From positions 150,001 to 182,000 of the forward strand of contig MWMI01000001.1 of NCBI GenBank assembly GCA_003568775.1: a DNA stretch of 32,000 nt, written 5' to 3'. The stretch's first letter is position 1. Each line of letters opens with the position of its first letter. Below the pieces are notes generated by a model. It made no database searches. It was not told the origin of the DNA and was given only the letters and a program-made list of their open reading frames with translations. The position numbers and the translations under genes were made by a program. Of this stretch, positions 6,852 to 16,024 are shown in pieces. Source of the stretch: Candidatus Nanoclepta minutus (lineage in GTDB: Archaea; Nanobdellota; Nanobdellia; Nanobdellales; Nanobdellaceae).

Positions 6852-8965
6852 TAATACTTTGGTTTTGTTACTATTTCCCTTATTTTCGATATTAATTCAA
6901 CATCTAACTTTTTAAACAATGGTTTTGGTTCTTCCTTTATCTCAAAATTATACTCATCCGGTTTCTCAAGTATCTTTTCTAGCTCTTCTTCCCTAGTCAA
7001 CCTAATTCCTAAGAACCTAAAGAACTCCATTGAATGGAAGGGTATATAGAAGGATAGTAGGCTATACATTGTTATTAGGTATATTAGCATTCCTTTAATG
7101 AAAGGTTTCTTATTCTTTGGATCCTCCCAAGGTTTGTTTTCTTGAAACAGAACGTTTCCCTTATCTGACATCTCAAAAATCTTCTTTAATCCACTTGATA
7201 TCTTTCCATTTTCAATTAAGTTGCATACAGATTTATAGTAATCTTTAGCAATTGCTATTACCTGTGTATCAGCTTTTCCATCCAATTTCTTATAGTTGCT
7301 CCATGCGAACTTCAGTATTCTATGTGTAAGGTTCCCTATACTATCTACTAATACCCTATTGATTATCTGAACGAACTCATCCCATAGGAATGAGGTATCC
7401 TTGTTCTCAGGTATTAAGTATGCTAGGTAGAACCTCCAATAGTCCGGATGGATTTCGGAGTCTATTAGGCTATCGCAGAATACACCCCATCTCTGGCTCT
7501 TACTGATCTTACTTCCTTCATAGGTTAGGTATGCATATCCGAAGACGTTCTTTGGTAGGGTCAGTGGTCTATCGAATATGTTATCCTCTTTCTCATAAAG
7601 GTTTGAACTCATTATTATTCCCGGCCAGAATAGAGTATGGAATGGTATGTTATCCTTTCCTATAAAGTGGTATATCTCTCCTTCTGTCCAAAATTTCCTC
7701 CAGTTTATGTTATTTTTTGCAATTCTTTTTTGTTTTGCGTTTAATAAGGCTTTTATTATTTTTTTATAGTATTTAAAATAATATGGTGGATCAATATCTA
7801 TTATTTCTAGGCTTTCTAAGCTATCTTTAAATGTAACTCTAAATTTAATTTCTCCTATCTCAATTTCTGCAGAACTTTCTCCTAAACTCAATATCTTTAC
7901 GTTACTTATATCTTCTTCCAATTCTTCTATTGTAAAGTTATCCTTAAGTAGCTCAATTGTGAAGGACAAGTATCCGATTGGGGCATCGAACCATACGTAG
8001 AATACTTTATCTTTATATACATCAAAGTGATTGAATTCTTCCAATATTTTATCTATCTTTGGCCAATTCCTCTCTACAATACTCCTTAGGTTTGCTTCTT
8101 CCTCCGGTTCAACAACCAATCCCAATTCCTTTAAGGATTCTATTAACGTGTATATCATCTTTTCCTTTGAGGAGAAATCTATCTTGTTAAATATTTTATC
8201 TAAAGTGATCCTCCACAGCTCTTGATAGGGTACCGGTACACCCCATTTAATATCCCTCGTTATGCTCCTTTCCCTCAAACCTGCATTTAACATACTAACG
8301 GACATAGAGTAAGTTAAGTTGGAGAACTCATTTACCTTCTTTTCTATCCATTCCCTTAATTTTTCAGTAATTTTCCTTAAATCAAAGTATAAATGTCTAG
8401 TTTTCTTTAATATTACGGGATCTCCAGTTATAGCATTCTTAGGATCTATTAGGTCCTTTGGATCTAATAATCTTCCACAGTTTTCACATTGATCTCCTTT
8501 AGCTTTTTCATACCCACAGTATGGGCATTTACCCGTTACATACCTATCCGGTAAGAACCTGTTGTTTTTTGGATCGAAAGGTAGTTCATCCTCCTTTTCT
8601 ATTATAACCCCAGATTGATACATCCTTAAGAAGATCCTCTTAGTAACTTCATAGTGTATCTTTGACTTCGAAGTCCTTGAGAAGTTATCATAAGATATAT
8701 CGAACCATTCGTATATTTTTTTATGTATTCCATAATAGAAATCCGTTAGCTTATCAGGAGTTAAATTGTTTTTTATCGCCTCAACCTCTATTGGGGTTCC
8801 ATGCTCATCTGTACCTCCAACAAATACTACAAAGTTTCCTTTAAACCTTTGATATCTGGCAAAAACGTCTGCAGGTAGATGGGAACCTACCATATGTCCT
8901 ATATGAGGTACGTTGTTGGAGTAAGGTAACGCTGCGGTTACAACTACAAATTTTCTATTAGTCAT
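6851..8965 (-). CDS. metG: Methionyl-tRNA synthetase (with two large insertions)
   Basis: HIGH motif (PHIGH), CP zinc knuckle CPYCG...CENCG, YVWFDAPIGY, HFIGKDNIPFH and KMSKS variant KISKS. Confidence 0.9.
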   Translation of the reverse strand: MTNRKFVVVTAALPYSNNVPHIGHMVGSHLPADVFARYQRFKGNFVVFVGGTDEHGTPIEVEAIKNNLTPDKLTDFYYGIHKKIYEWFDISYDNFSRTSKSKIHYEVTKRIFLRMYQSGVIIEKEDELPFDPKNNRFLPDRYVTGKCPYCGYEKAKGDQCENCGRLLDPKDLIDPKNAITGDPVILKKTRHLYFDLRKITEKLREWIEKKVNEFSNLTYSMSVSMLNAGLRERSITRDIKWGVPVPYQELWRITLDKIFNKIDFSSKEKMIYTLIESLKELGLVVEPEEEANLRSIVERNWPKIDKILEEFNHFDVYKDKVFYVWFDAPIGYLSFTIELLKDNFTIEELEEDISNVKILSLGESSAEIEIGEIKFRVTFKDSLESLEIIDIDPPYYFKYYKKIIKALLNAKQKRIAKNNINWRKFWTEGEIYHFIGKDNIPFHTLFWPGIIMSSNLYEKEDNIFDRPLTLPKNVFGYAYLTYEGSKISKSQRWGVFCDSLIDSEIHPDYWRFYLAYLIPENKDTSFLWDEFVQIINRVLVDSIGNLTHRILKFAWSNYKKLDGKADTQVIAIAKDYYKSVCNLIENGKISSGLKKIFEMSDKGNVLFQENKPWEDPKNKKPFIKGMLIYLITMYSLLSFYIPFHSMEFFRFLGIRLTREEELEKILEKPDEYNFEIKEEPKPLFKKLDVELISKIREIVTKPKY

Positions 8966-8984
8966 AGATTTATATTCCTACTTA

Positions 8985-8994
8985 CTTTTAAGAA
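8985..8994. promoter_or_regulatory. Central A/T box (CTTTTAAGAA) probably shared by divergent metG and the rhomboid gene
   Basis: Read as TTCTTAAA it starts 29 nt from the metG ATG (8965). Read as TTTAAGAA or TTTTAAGA it starts 30-31 nt from the rhomboid ATG (9017). Confidence 0.35.
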
Positions 8995-9016
8995 CTTTCT
9001 TTTATATAGATTTCTA

Positions 9017-9613
9017 ATGTATACAACTTATGCTCTGATAATCTTGAACACCATCATTTTCTTCCTAGTCATAATTTCACGTGGAGATCTGATATATTTG
9101 CTTGGTTTCTCTCCTGCTAGGTTTCTCCAACAACCATGGGCCATTTTAACTTCTATTTTCGTTCATGCAAGTTTTACCCATTTGTTTGTTAATATGCTAA
9201 CCCTTTTCTTCTTTGGAATACCTCTAGAAAACATGATAGGCAAAAGGAGGTTTATAACCTTATATTTCCTTTCCGGAATTTTTGGAAATTTGCTATACTT
9301 TTTGATGTACTTTGGTGAAGATATAGTAGGTGTTGGGGCATCTGGAGCAATCTTTGGTGTATTAGGAGCATTTGCCATCTTAAGACCTTCAGATTATGTA
9401 ATAATGTTCCCTATTTTAGTACCTATACCACTCAGTTTAGCAGTTTTCATATGGATAGGCTTAAACCTGTTTGGTATGCTCTTTCAGATAGGTAATATAG
9501 GTTATGCTGCACATCTTGGAGGTTTATTAGTTGGTATATCACTTGGAAAAAAGTTTAAAAATAAGGTTTATCGGTATGGAATAGAAGAGTATATAAATTC
9601 TTTTGAGTTTTAA
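9017..9613 (+). CDS. Rhomboid-family intramembrane serine protease
   Basis: Multi-pass membrane protein with the catalytic GASGAIFG (GxSG) and AHLGG (His) motifs. Confidence 0.8.
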   Translation: MYTTYALIILNTIIFFLVIISRGDLIYLLGFSPARFLQQPWAILTSIFVHASFTHLFVNMLTLFFFGIPLENMIGKRRFITLYFLSGIFGNLLYFLMYFGEDIVGVGASGAIFGVLGAFAILRPSDYVIMFPILVPIPLSLAVFIWIGLNLFGMLFQIGNIGYAAHLGGLLVGISLGKKFKNKVYRYGIEEYINSFEF

Positions 9614-9620
9614 AATATAA

Positions 9621-9833
9621 ATGGATGATAAACTATTAAGATTGAGAGAGAAGCTAGCATCTACTTCTACAGAAACCTTAAAGGAATATCATGGAAGGAT
9701 GAAACAAGGTATAATTCCTTCTTCCCTTACTGAATTCTCGAGTCTAGGAAAAAACGTTATTATGAAGTACCTGGAAAAGGAACTAATACTGAGGGGTGTT
9801 ATAAAGAAAAAGAGGAGGGTTAGGATTTATTGA
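9621..9833 (+). CDS. Small basic hypothetical protein (70 aa)
   Basis: ORF preceded by TATAAATT 29 nt upstream. No recognisable motif. Confidence 0.4.
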   Translation: MDDKLLRLREKLASTSTETLKEYHGRMKQGIIPSSLTEFSSLGKNVIMKYLEKELILRGVIKKKRRVRIY

Positions 9834-9837
9834 ATAG

Positions 9838-10437
9838 ATGGATCCAGTAATACTAAGGGCATTTTTTAGTTTATTCCTCATCCTCGGAACTTTCGGTAAT
9901 GTATTCCTCTTTGATGCTATATTAAGTAACTATACCAACGATCTGAAAAAGAAGAAGGAAGCTATTAGAAAGGCTTATCAGATAGCATATGTTGTTTGGA
10001 TACCCATATTCGTTTTTGGAGAATACTTCCTGTATATATTTGGTGTTACGAAAGAATCCTTTGCAATTGCAGGGTCAATCTTTTTAGCCCTGATCTCCTT
10101 CGAAATTATCTCTAGAGACCTACCATCATACGCTAAGGTGGATGGTGGGGAAAAGATAGAAAGTGTAATAGCATCTCCTATGGCAATTCCATTGATTACA
10201 GGACCTGGAGTAATAACTACTACAATTATATTTAGGTCTATGGTAGAAAATGCTTTAATTCTATTTTTATTTTCTTCTTTAGCATATTTTCTATCTTTCC
10301 TATTTGTCTATTTTAGTATTGGAATTATAGATAAAATAAACAGAAAGTATTTCATAATTTTGAATAGGATATTTGGTTTAATCCTTCTTTCTATTTCAGT
10401 CGAGATATTAATAAATTCTATAAAATCGATATTCTAA
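9838..10437 (+). CDS. MarC-family (UPF0056) integral membrane protein
   Basis: About 200 aa with six predicted TM segments and the family-like stretch ASPMAIPLITGPGVITTTI. Confidence 0.6.
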   Translation: MDPVILRAFFSLFLILGTFGNVFLFDAILSNYTNDLKKKKEAIRKAYQIAYVVWIPIFVFGEYFLYIFGVTKESFAIAGSIFLALISFEIISRDLPSYAKVDGGEKIESVIASPMAIPLITGPGVITTTIIFRSMVENALILFLFSSLAYFLSFLFVYFSIGIIDKINRKYFIILNRIFGLILLSISVEILINSIKSIF

Positions 10438-10438
10438 T

Positions 10439-11173
10439 ATGATATTGATCCATAGGAAATCCGGAAAGAGGTTCTATGTAAGGGAAATAAAGGATATTAA
10501 TACACATTTCGGTCTAATAAAAAAGGAAGATCTGATTAGAGCAAAGCCCTACGATATAGTTAAAAGCCATTTGGATGAAGAATTCTTAGTTGTTGAGGAT
10601 AATTTAATAGATTCCCTAAGTTTTCTAAGGAGGAGGACTCAAGTAACTCATCCAAAGGATATAGGATTGCTCTTTTCCCTTACTGGAATCTCGAGTGGAT
10701 GGAGGGTAGTTGAACTTGGTACGGGATCGGGGATAATGACTTCCTTCTTAGCCAGTTTAGTAAAACCGTCGGGAAGGGTTTATTCTTATGAGAATAGGAA
10801 GGAATTTTACGAGATTGCTAAGGAGAATTTAGAGAAATTAAAATTGATGGATTATGTAGAATTAAAGTTAAGAGATGTGATAAGTGAAGGAATTGATGAA
10901 AGGGATGTGGATATTGTAGTTTCAGATATACCAAGACCTTTCGATATTATAGATGAAATATACAATTCTTTAAAATTTTCTGGATACTTCGCATCCTTTC
11001 TACCGAACATTACTAGTGTATTAAAGCTTTTGTCCTCTAACAAAAGTTTCCATTTAGTTGGAATATATGAGAGTTTTCATAGAGTTTGGAAGTATGAAAA
11101 GGAGGAAGTATTAAGACCTAAGAATAAGCAGTTAGTTCATACGGAATTTTTAGTTTTGATGAGAAAGTTATAA
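10439..11173 (+). CDS. trmI: tRNA (adenine58-N1)-methyltransferase TrmI/Gcd14-like
   Basis: THFG...RRRTQVTHPKDIG N-terminal pattern followed by SAM motif VVELGTGSGIMTSFLA...SYENR. Confidence 0.75.
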   Translation: MILIHRKSGKRFYVREIKDINTHFGLIKKEDLIRAKPYDIVKSHLDEEFLVVEDNLIDSLSFLRRRTQVTHPKDIGLLFSLTGISSGWRVVELGTGSGIMTSFLASLVKPSGRVYSYENRKEFYEIAKENLEKLKLMDYVELKLRDVISEGIDERDVDIVVSDIPRPFDIIDEIYNSLKFSGYFASFLPNITSVLKLLSSNKSFHLVGIYESFHRVWKYEKEEVLRPKNKQLVHTEFLVLMRKL

Positions 11174-11196
11174 ATTTGGGTAGACAATAATTTAGA

Positions 11197-11880
11197 ATGA
11201 TTGTATTGGATGATTATTTAGGTATAGAAATAGATGAGAAATATAACTTAAGGTTGAATGGAAGGATAATAGAGCCTAAGGTAAGAAGAAAAAAAGATAT
11301 GGAACCCGTTTTATTGGAATATGATGGTGAAGATGAGGAAATGTATTACATGTATAGGGGAATATTTAGGGAAGAAGATGAAAAACAGTTTCAAGATTAT
11401 AGAATAAGACATGATATAACGGTAGTTCCAAATAAGATGGTTGGAAAGGAGTATAACAAAACTTTTGGACATTATCATCCTGATAACTATCCTGAGTTAT
11501 ATGAAGTTATAAGGGGGGAGGCAATCTTCATTATGCAAAGTAGGGATTTCAAGAGTTTAATATTGATTAGGGCAAAGAGAGGGGATCAGATATTGATCCT
11601 ACCTGGGTATGGACATGTTATGGTTAACGTTGGGAGGGAGCCTCTAATAACTAGTAATTTAGTATATTGGGATTTTGAATCGGATTATAGTGTGTTCAGG
11701 GAAAGGAGAGGGGCTATGGTGTATATAACGGAAGATGGTATAAAAGTTAACGATAGTTATCCATTGGATTTTGAGATAATCAAACTGGAAGCAAAGAAAA
11801 TATTTGAAGAAAATATATATAAGGAGTTCATAAATAATCCTAAAAAATTCGGCTTTTTAAAGGAAAAATTCAATTTCTAG
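11197..11880 (+). CDS. pgiA: Cupin-type glucose-6-phosphate isomerase (archaeal cPGI)
   Basis: Cupin metal motif TFGHYHP...PELYEV..G and a second His in PGYGHVMVNVG. TTATAAAT box 29 nt upstream. Confidence 0.7.
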   Translation: MIVLDDYLGIEIDEKYNLRLNGRIIEPKVRRKKDMEPVLLEYDGEDEEMYYMYRGIFREEDEKQFQDYRIRHDITVVPNKMVGKEYNKTFGHYHPDNYPELYEVIRGEAIFIMQSRDFKSLILIRAKRGDQILILPGYGHVMVNVGREPLITSNLVYWDFESDYSVFRERRGAMVYITEDGIKVNDSYPLDFEIIKLEAKKIFEENIYKEFINNPKKFGFLKEKFNF

Positions 11881-11882
11881 GG

Positions 11883-12713
11883 ATGAATAAGCCATCAAGA
11901 TTAACCTTTGGTCCTGCAGGAGTTCCAATATCTTCCCCTAAGAAGGATACATATAATGGTATAGTTTTTACATACGAAGAACTAGGTTTGGATGGTTTTG
12001 AGATAGAGTTCGTCTATGGAGTAAAGTTGAAGGATGAGGAAGCTAAAGAAATAGCAGATTATGTAAAGAGGAATAATATAATTTTAACTGCACATGCACC
12101 ATACTTCGTTAACTTGAACTCTAATGAAAAATCGAAGATAGATAAATCCGTTCAGTTTATATTCGATACTGCTAGAAAGGCATGGTTAGCCGGTGGGTAT
12201 TCTATAGTCTTCCATCCGGGATGGTATATGAAATCTACTAAAGAAGAGGCTTATGAGAGGGTTAAGGAAGGCTTGAAGAGAGTGATTAACCTTTTAAAAG
12301 ATTATAGTATTGAAATATGGGTTAGACCCGAAACTATGGAAGGATTAAAGAAGTTTGGAGATTTAGATGAAGTTATAAGACTATCTAAAGAATTAGAGTA
12401 TGTTCTACCATGTATAGATTTTGCCCATTTAAGGTATAGATATAACAATAATGATATAAGTTTCTTTAGGGGAATAATGGAAAGGATAGAGGATGAATTA
12501 GGAAGTGAAGCGTTGGAGAATATGCATATTCACATGTCTGGGATAAAGTTGGATAAGGCAGGGACTCATGTTAACTTAAAACAATCGGATATGCCTTGGC
12601 AGGAAATAATGAAGATATTGAAGGATTTTAATGTTAAAGGGATAGTTATCTCGGAGAGTCCAAACATAGAGGGAGATGCTATCCTAATGAAAAAATATTA
12701 TAAAAGTTTATAG
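11883..12713 (+). CDS. nfo: Endonuclease IV-like AP endonuclease (xylose-isomerase-like TIM barrel)
   Basis: Ordered metal-ligand pattern typical of Nfo: TAHAPY, VFHPG, RPETM, CIDFAHL, HIHMSG, THVNL, ISESP. Confidence 0.6.
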   Translation: MNKPSRLTFGPAGVPISSPKKDTYNGIVFTYEELGLDGFEIEFVYGVKLKDEEAKEIADYVKRNNIILTAHAPYFVNLNSNEKSKIDKSVQFIFDTARKAWLAGGYSIVFHPGWYMKSTKEEAYERVKEGLKRVINLLKDYSIEIWVRPETMEGLKKFGDLDEVIRLSKELEYVLPCIDFAHLRYRYNNNDISFFRGIMERIEDELGSEALENMHIHMSGIKLDKAGTHVNLKQSDMPWQEIMKILKDFNVKGIVISESPNIEGDAILMKKYYKSL

Positions 12714-14180
12714 GAGAGCAAAGGTCAATTTAACGTATGCGGGTCTTGTTATGGCATAACCTACTAAGGATGTAATTATTATCATAACTGCAAAACCTCT
12801 AAACAATCCTAATGCAACGTTAGATAGTAACATTGGTACAAAGGCAAATATCTCTGTCATAACTGCTGTTAAAACTATAAATAGAACCTTCTTTCTTGAT
12901 TTTTCAATTTTATACTCTTTTTTACCTCTAATTGCATCGTTTACAATAATTAAGTTATCGTCCATTCCAGTTGCAATTCCTAGGAATACTCCTAATATTG
13001 CTGGTATATCGAAGGTCTGTCCAAGGAATATTCCAATAGCTACTGCAATGATGATCTCTGATAGCATAGGTATGTAAATGAGTAATGAGGCTTTTAGGTT
13101 TCTATAAGCTAGAAATACAACTATTCCTAAGATAATTAAAGCGATCAATCCAGCAATAAATATTTTATCTAATGAAGAACTAGCTATTCTTGGAGAAATA
13201 TAGGATATCTCCTCTATTGAGAACTTGGAAGGTAAAGAACCACTTCCCAAGACAATTTGTAGTTCTCTTGCCCTATTTATAGCATCTTCTGCTGCTAATT
13301 TCTGTGAAGAACCTTGCCCAGATACTCTTATAAGTACTTGGTTTGCTTCTACACCCTTCAAATTAGAATCTATATATAGATCGGAGACCTCTTCTCCGTC
13401 TAAGTAAAAGTATATCTTCTCAGTTAGGTATCTCCCACCGCTCTCTATAGAAACTGGTATGTTCTTAGTTATTTCTGCAAACCTCTTAGCAGCATCCTTT
13501 GATAGGACTAAAGTGAAGTAATAGGAGCAGACCCAGCTTCCTTGATAATTATCGCATTCCATTCCACTGTATCCAGATCCTGTAAGAATGTTTATTATAT
13601 CTATTCCCGTGAAGACTGTTTGGTTCATTATTTTAGCTTCAAAATAACCCTGTCTCATTATACTTTCTATTAAAGTTTTCTCTGTAGATGGTACTTGGAT
13701 TATTATATAGTTTCTTCCTGCCGTATATATGTTCAAAGCCTTTAAACCTGCGGAGTTTAACCTATTCTCTAGTATCCTTTGTACAAGATTCATCTGGTCT
13801 ATCGATAGATCCTCTAAAGACTTTAAAATGATTAAGTATCCACCCCCTATATCTGTTCCTAACTTCAGGTTTCCGGATACAGTTACTGAAGTATTATATT
13901 TCAGTAACTCTATTTCTGTAGGATCTAGGATGAAGTTTCCTCTATCAGTCTTTACTATAGCGCTCCCTTCTTCTGGTATACACGAATAAAAGCTCTGTAC
14001 ACTGCTAACCTTACATCCGTTTATTTCGTATACTACGCTACCCTTAGGAAGTATGGGACTCTCATCTACAGTTATCCTAACTGATAGAAAAGTGTATAAT
14101 AGGTATAAAATGGACGCGAATAGTACTATAATATATAGAACTATTCTCCAATCCTTTAGTAAATCCTTAACCGTAGACAT
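12708..14180 (-). CDS. secD: SecD-like protein-export membrane protein (SecD/SecF family)
   Basis: N-terminal TM, large extracytoplasmic domain and a C-terminal 6-TM bundle with the GMDDNLII and RGFAVMIIITSLVG patterns. No adjacent secF. Confidence 0.6.
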   Translation of the reverse strand: MSTVKDLLKDWRIVLYIIVLFASILYLLYTFLSVRITVDESPILPKGSVVYEINGCKVSSVQSFYSCIPEEGSAIVKTDRGNFILDPTEIELLKYNTSVTVSGNLKLGTDIGGGYLIILKSLEDLSIDQMNLVQRILENRLNSAGLKALNIYTAGRNYIIIQVPSTEKTLIESIMRQGYFEAKIMNQTVFTGIDIINILTGSGYSGMECDNYQGSWVCSYYFTLVLSKDAAKRFAEITKNIPVSIESGGRYLTEKIYFYLDGEEVSDLYIDSNLKGVEANQVLIRVSGQGSSQKLAAEDAINRARELQIVLGSGSLPSKFSIEEISYISPRIASSSLDKIFIAGLIALIILGIVVFLAYRNLKASLLIYIPMLSEIIIAVAIGIFLGQTFDIPAILGVFLGIATGMDDNLIIVNDAIRGKKEYKIEKSRKKVLFIVLTAVMTEIFAFVPMLLSNVALGLFRGFAVMIIITSLVGYAITRPAYVKLTFALL

Positions 14181-14204
14181 TTTCTAAAATTATCTAAAAA
14201 ATTT

Positions 14205-14783
14205 TTATGGTTTCCCTCTTGAATATCCTAAGGTAACTCCCATAGCTACTAAATGGGCTACTCTTACAGGTTCTGGTATCCTAGAATTGATAGAAGTTTT
14301 TATTATAATCTCCTCTGCATCTTCATCAGATATCCCAACGTTTTGATAGTACGTTAATCCATACTTTGTTTTTATTGGTTTAGGTTCCGGTAAGCTTTTC
14401 AATATCTCTAACTTTCTTTCATAGTTTTTAACCTTTTTCAACGCTTTTATGAACTTATCCATATCCGGTTTTTTCCTTATAACAGCTATGATGGGTAATT
14501 TTAAATCTTCAAATATCTTGTTCATATCTATTATATTAAAACCTGCAAAGGATATGCCGTTTGTCATAATGATCCTTATCTGATTTAAATGGGAGGTTCT
14601 CCTTATCATCTCTATTATTTTATCAGTTGTATCATCACCATCTACCTCAACATAGTTAGATAGAACACCATCTATTTGTCCATATCCCCTCATAATTACT
14701 CCAACTATCAATGCTTTATCATCTTTATCCTTATCAAAATGTCCATCGTCTATCCCTACTATCCTTATCTCCCTCTTTATCAT
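14205..14783 (-). CDS. DUF99/UPF0215 family protein
   Basis: Family-typical N-terminus IRIVGIDDGHF, then VDGDDTTDKI and ISFAGFNIID. Confidence 0.65.
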   Translation of the reverse strand: MIKREIRIVGIDDGHFDKDKDDKALIVGVIMRGYGQIDGVLSNYVEVDGDDTTDKIIEMIRRTSHLNQIRIIMTNGISFAGFNIIDMNKIFEDLKLPIIAVIRKKPDMDKFIKALKKVKNYERKLEILKSLPEPKPIKTKYGLTYYQNVGISDEDAEEIIIKTSINSRIPEPVRVAHLVAMGVTLGYSRGKP

Positions 14784-15217
14784 TCCTCAAAATCTATTAC
14801 ATCTGATACTCTCGGTTTAAAGTTTTTATTTTCACCTTTTTCTATTATTTCCTCCCTTATTATTATGCTTTCCCCTATCAACTTTTCAATCCTTTTAGCC
14901 ATTTCTATGGAAGGTTTTATCCTTCCTTCCTCCAGATTTTTATATAGACTCTCCTTTATTCCCAAAATTTTTGCCATATCCTTTTGCTTTAATTTTCTAG
15001 ATTCCCTATACTTTCTAAGTTTTTCATAGAACTTATCATCTATCAAGTATTCTTCTACTCTTCTAGATTCTTTTATTTGATTTTTTATTTTTTTCTCTCC
15101 TTTTTCTATGTTCTCAACTTTTAATTCCCTTGCACATTTTTCGCATATCCAGACCCATGCACCCTCAATTATTACCCTTTTACTGGCTTTTCCAGTTCCA
15201 CATATTTCACAGATCAT
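14780..15217 (-). CDS. mbf1: Archaeal multiprotein-bridging factor 1 (zinc ribbon plus Cro/C1 HTH)
   Basis: N-terminal CEICG...CEKCA zinc ribbon and C-terminal HTH LRKYRESRKLKQKDMAKILGIKESLYKNLEEG. Confidence 0.75.
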   Translation of the reverse strand: MICEICGTGKASKRVIIEGAWVWICEKCARELKVENIEKGEKKIKNQIKESRRVEEYLIDDKFYEKLRKYRESRKLKQKDMAKILGIKESLYKNLEEGRIKPSIEMAKRIEKLIGESIIIREEIIEKGENKNFKPRVSDVIDFEE

Positions 15218-15855
15218 TTTATTAGCGTTTTCTTAATAGTTTCCCTATTTTCTAATACTATCAATATACCTATCGATACACCGAGAGAAATTGCTATAGA
15301 GATCATGAAGACGTTTAGTACTAGCTGAAATATAGAAGTTGGTAATCCTAAAATTTCTAGTCCCCAAACGAAGAACATATAGATTATTAAACCTTTTGAT
15401 AACAGAACTACGGTTTCTCTACTAGTTATTCCCCTCAATAGGATCTCAATTATTCCAGCAATTATGGAACCTATCGATAGGATAATCACCATGGTATAAA
15501 GCATGTTTAGGTATCCTAATAGTAGGTTGAAGCCTATTCCGAAGTTTGCTATTCCTAAAAATATGAAGTATAGATATATGTAATACCTTAATAGCTTCCT
15601 TATGAACTCTGATGGTCTAATACCAAATAGTATGTTTTCCATCCTCTTCTCTTTCAGATATTCATCTAGCCTTATATAAGAGAGTACTATTCTAGCGAAG
15701 AAGTCAGCCACTCTTCCTATTATATAACCAAGCGTTGCTATTAACAATAGTAATATAAACTTGGATAGGTAAGTTGGAGTTTCTGCTATAAACTTTATTA
15801 TCGGAAACGTAACATTGTTGTATATTTCCTTTAGTAAATCCTGAATAAATCCCAT
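15214..15855 (-). CDS. Hypothetical polytopic membrane protein
   Basis: Five or six hydrophobic helices and no catalytic motif. First gene of the minus-strand cluster membrane protein-mbf1-DUF99. Confidence 0.5.
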   Translation of the reverse strand: MGFIQDLLKEIYNNVTFPIIKFIAETPTYLSKFILLLLIATLGYIIGRVADFFARIVLSYIRLDEYLKEKRMENILFGIRPSEFIRKLLRYYIYLYFIFLGIANFGIGFNLLLGYLNMLYTMVIILSIGSIIAGIIEILLRGITSRETVVLLSKGLIIYMFFVWGLEILGLPTSIFQLVLNVFMISIAISLGVSIGILIVLENRETIKKTLIK

Positions 15856-15901
15856 TACTAAATAAGTTAATTAAGGTTTATTAGTATATCTAAATTAAAT
15901 A

Positions 15902-15974
15902 GGGCCCGTGGCTCAGGGGCTAGAGCGCCCGGCTGATAACCGGGAGGTCGGGGGTTCAAATCCCCCCGGGCCCA
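15902..15974 (+). tRNA. tRNA-Ile (anticodon GAU)
   Basis: Hand-folded 73-nt cloverleaf: acceptor GGGCCCG/CGGGCCC, D stem GCTC/GAGC, anticodon stem CCCGG/CCGGG with loop CTGATAA, T arm GGGGG-TTCAAAT-CCCCC, discriminator A. No encoded CCA and no intron. Confidence 0.95.
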
Positions 15975-15995
15975 TAGAAGTTCAACTAGTTAGCC

Positions 15996-16003
15996 TTTAA
16001 ATT
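15996..16003 (+). promoter_or_regulatory. TATA-like box (TTTAAATT) 29 nt upstream of the enolase ATG
   Basis: Matches the -29 geometry and lies between tRNA-Ile and eno. Confidence 0.45.
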
Positions 16004-16024
16004 ACCAAAAGACTTAGAAGAATC

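Noticed and set aside
7691-8224. Intein or mobile insertion in metG.
   Set aside because: The inserted segments lack intein boundary residues (N-terminal Cys/Ser, C-terminal His-Asn followed by Cys/Ser/Thr) and the block motifs. There are no homing-endonuclease motifs, and the two inserts are separate and short.
15856-15901. Leaderless tRNA transcription (an RNase-P-independent arrangement, as described for Nanoarchaeum) for tRNA-Ile and tRNA-Asn.
   Set aside because: The boxes nearest the tRNAs (TTTATTAG at 15877, TTTATAAA at 19680) are correctly spaced for the divergent minus-strand protein genes, not for the tRNA 5' ends (25 and 17 nt). The better plus-strand candidates (TTAATTAA at 15868, ATTTAAAA at 19661) would give leaders of about 5-7 nt. 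The evidence is therefore ambiguous and does not support the claim.
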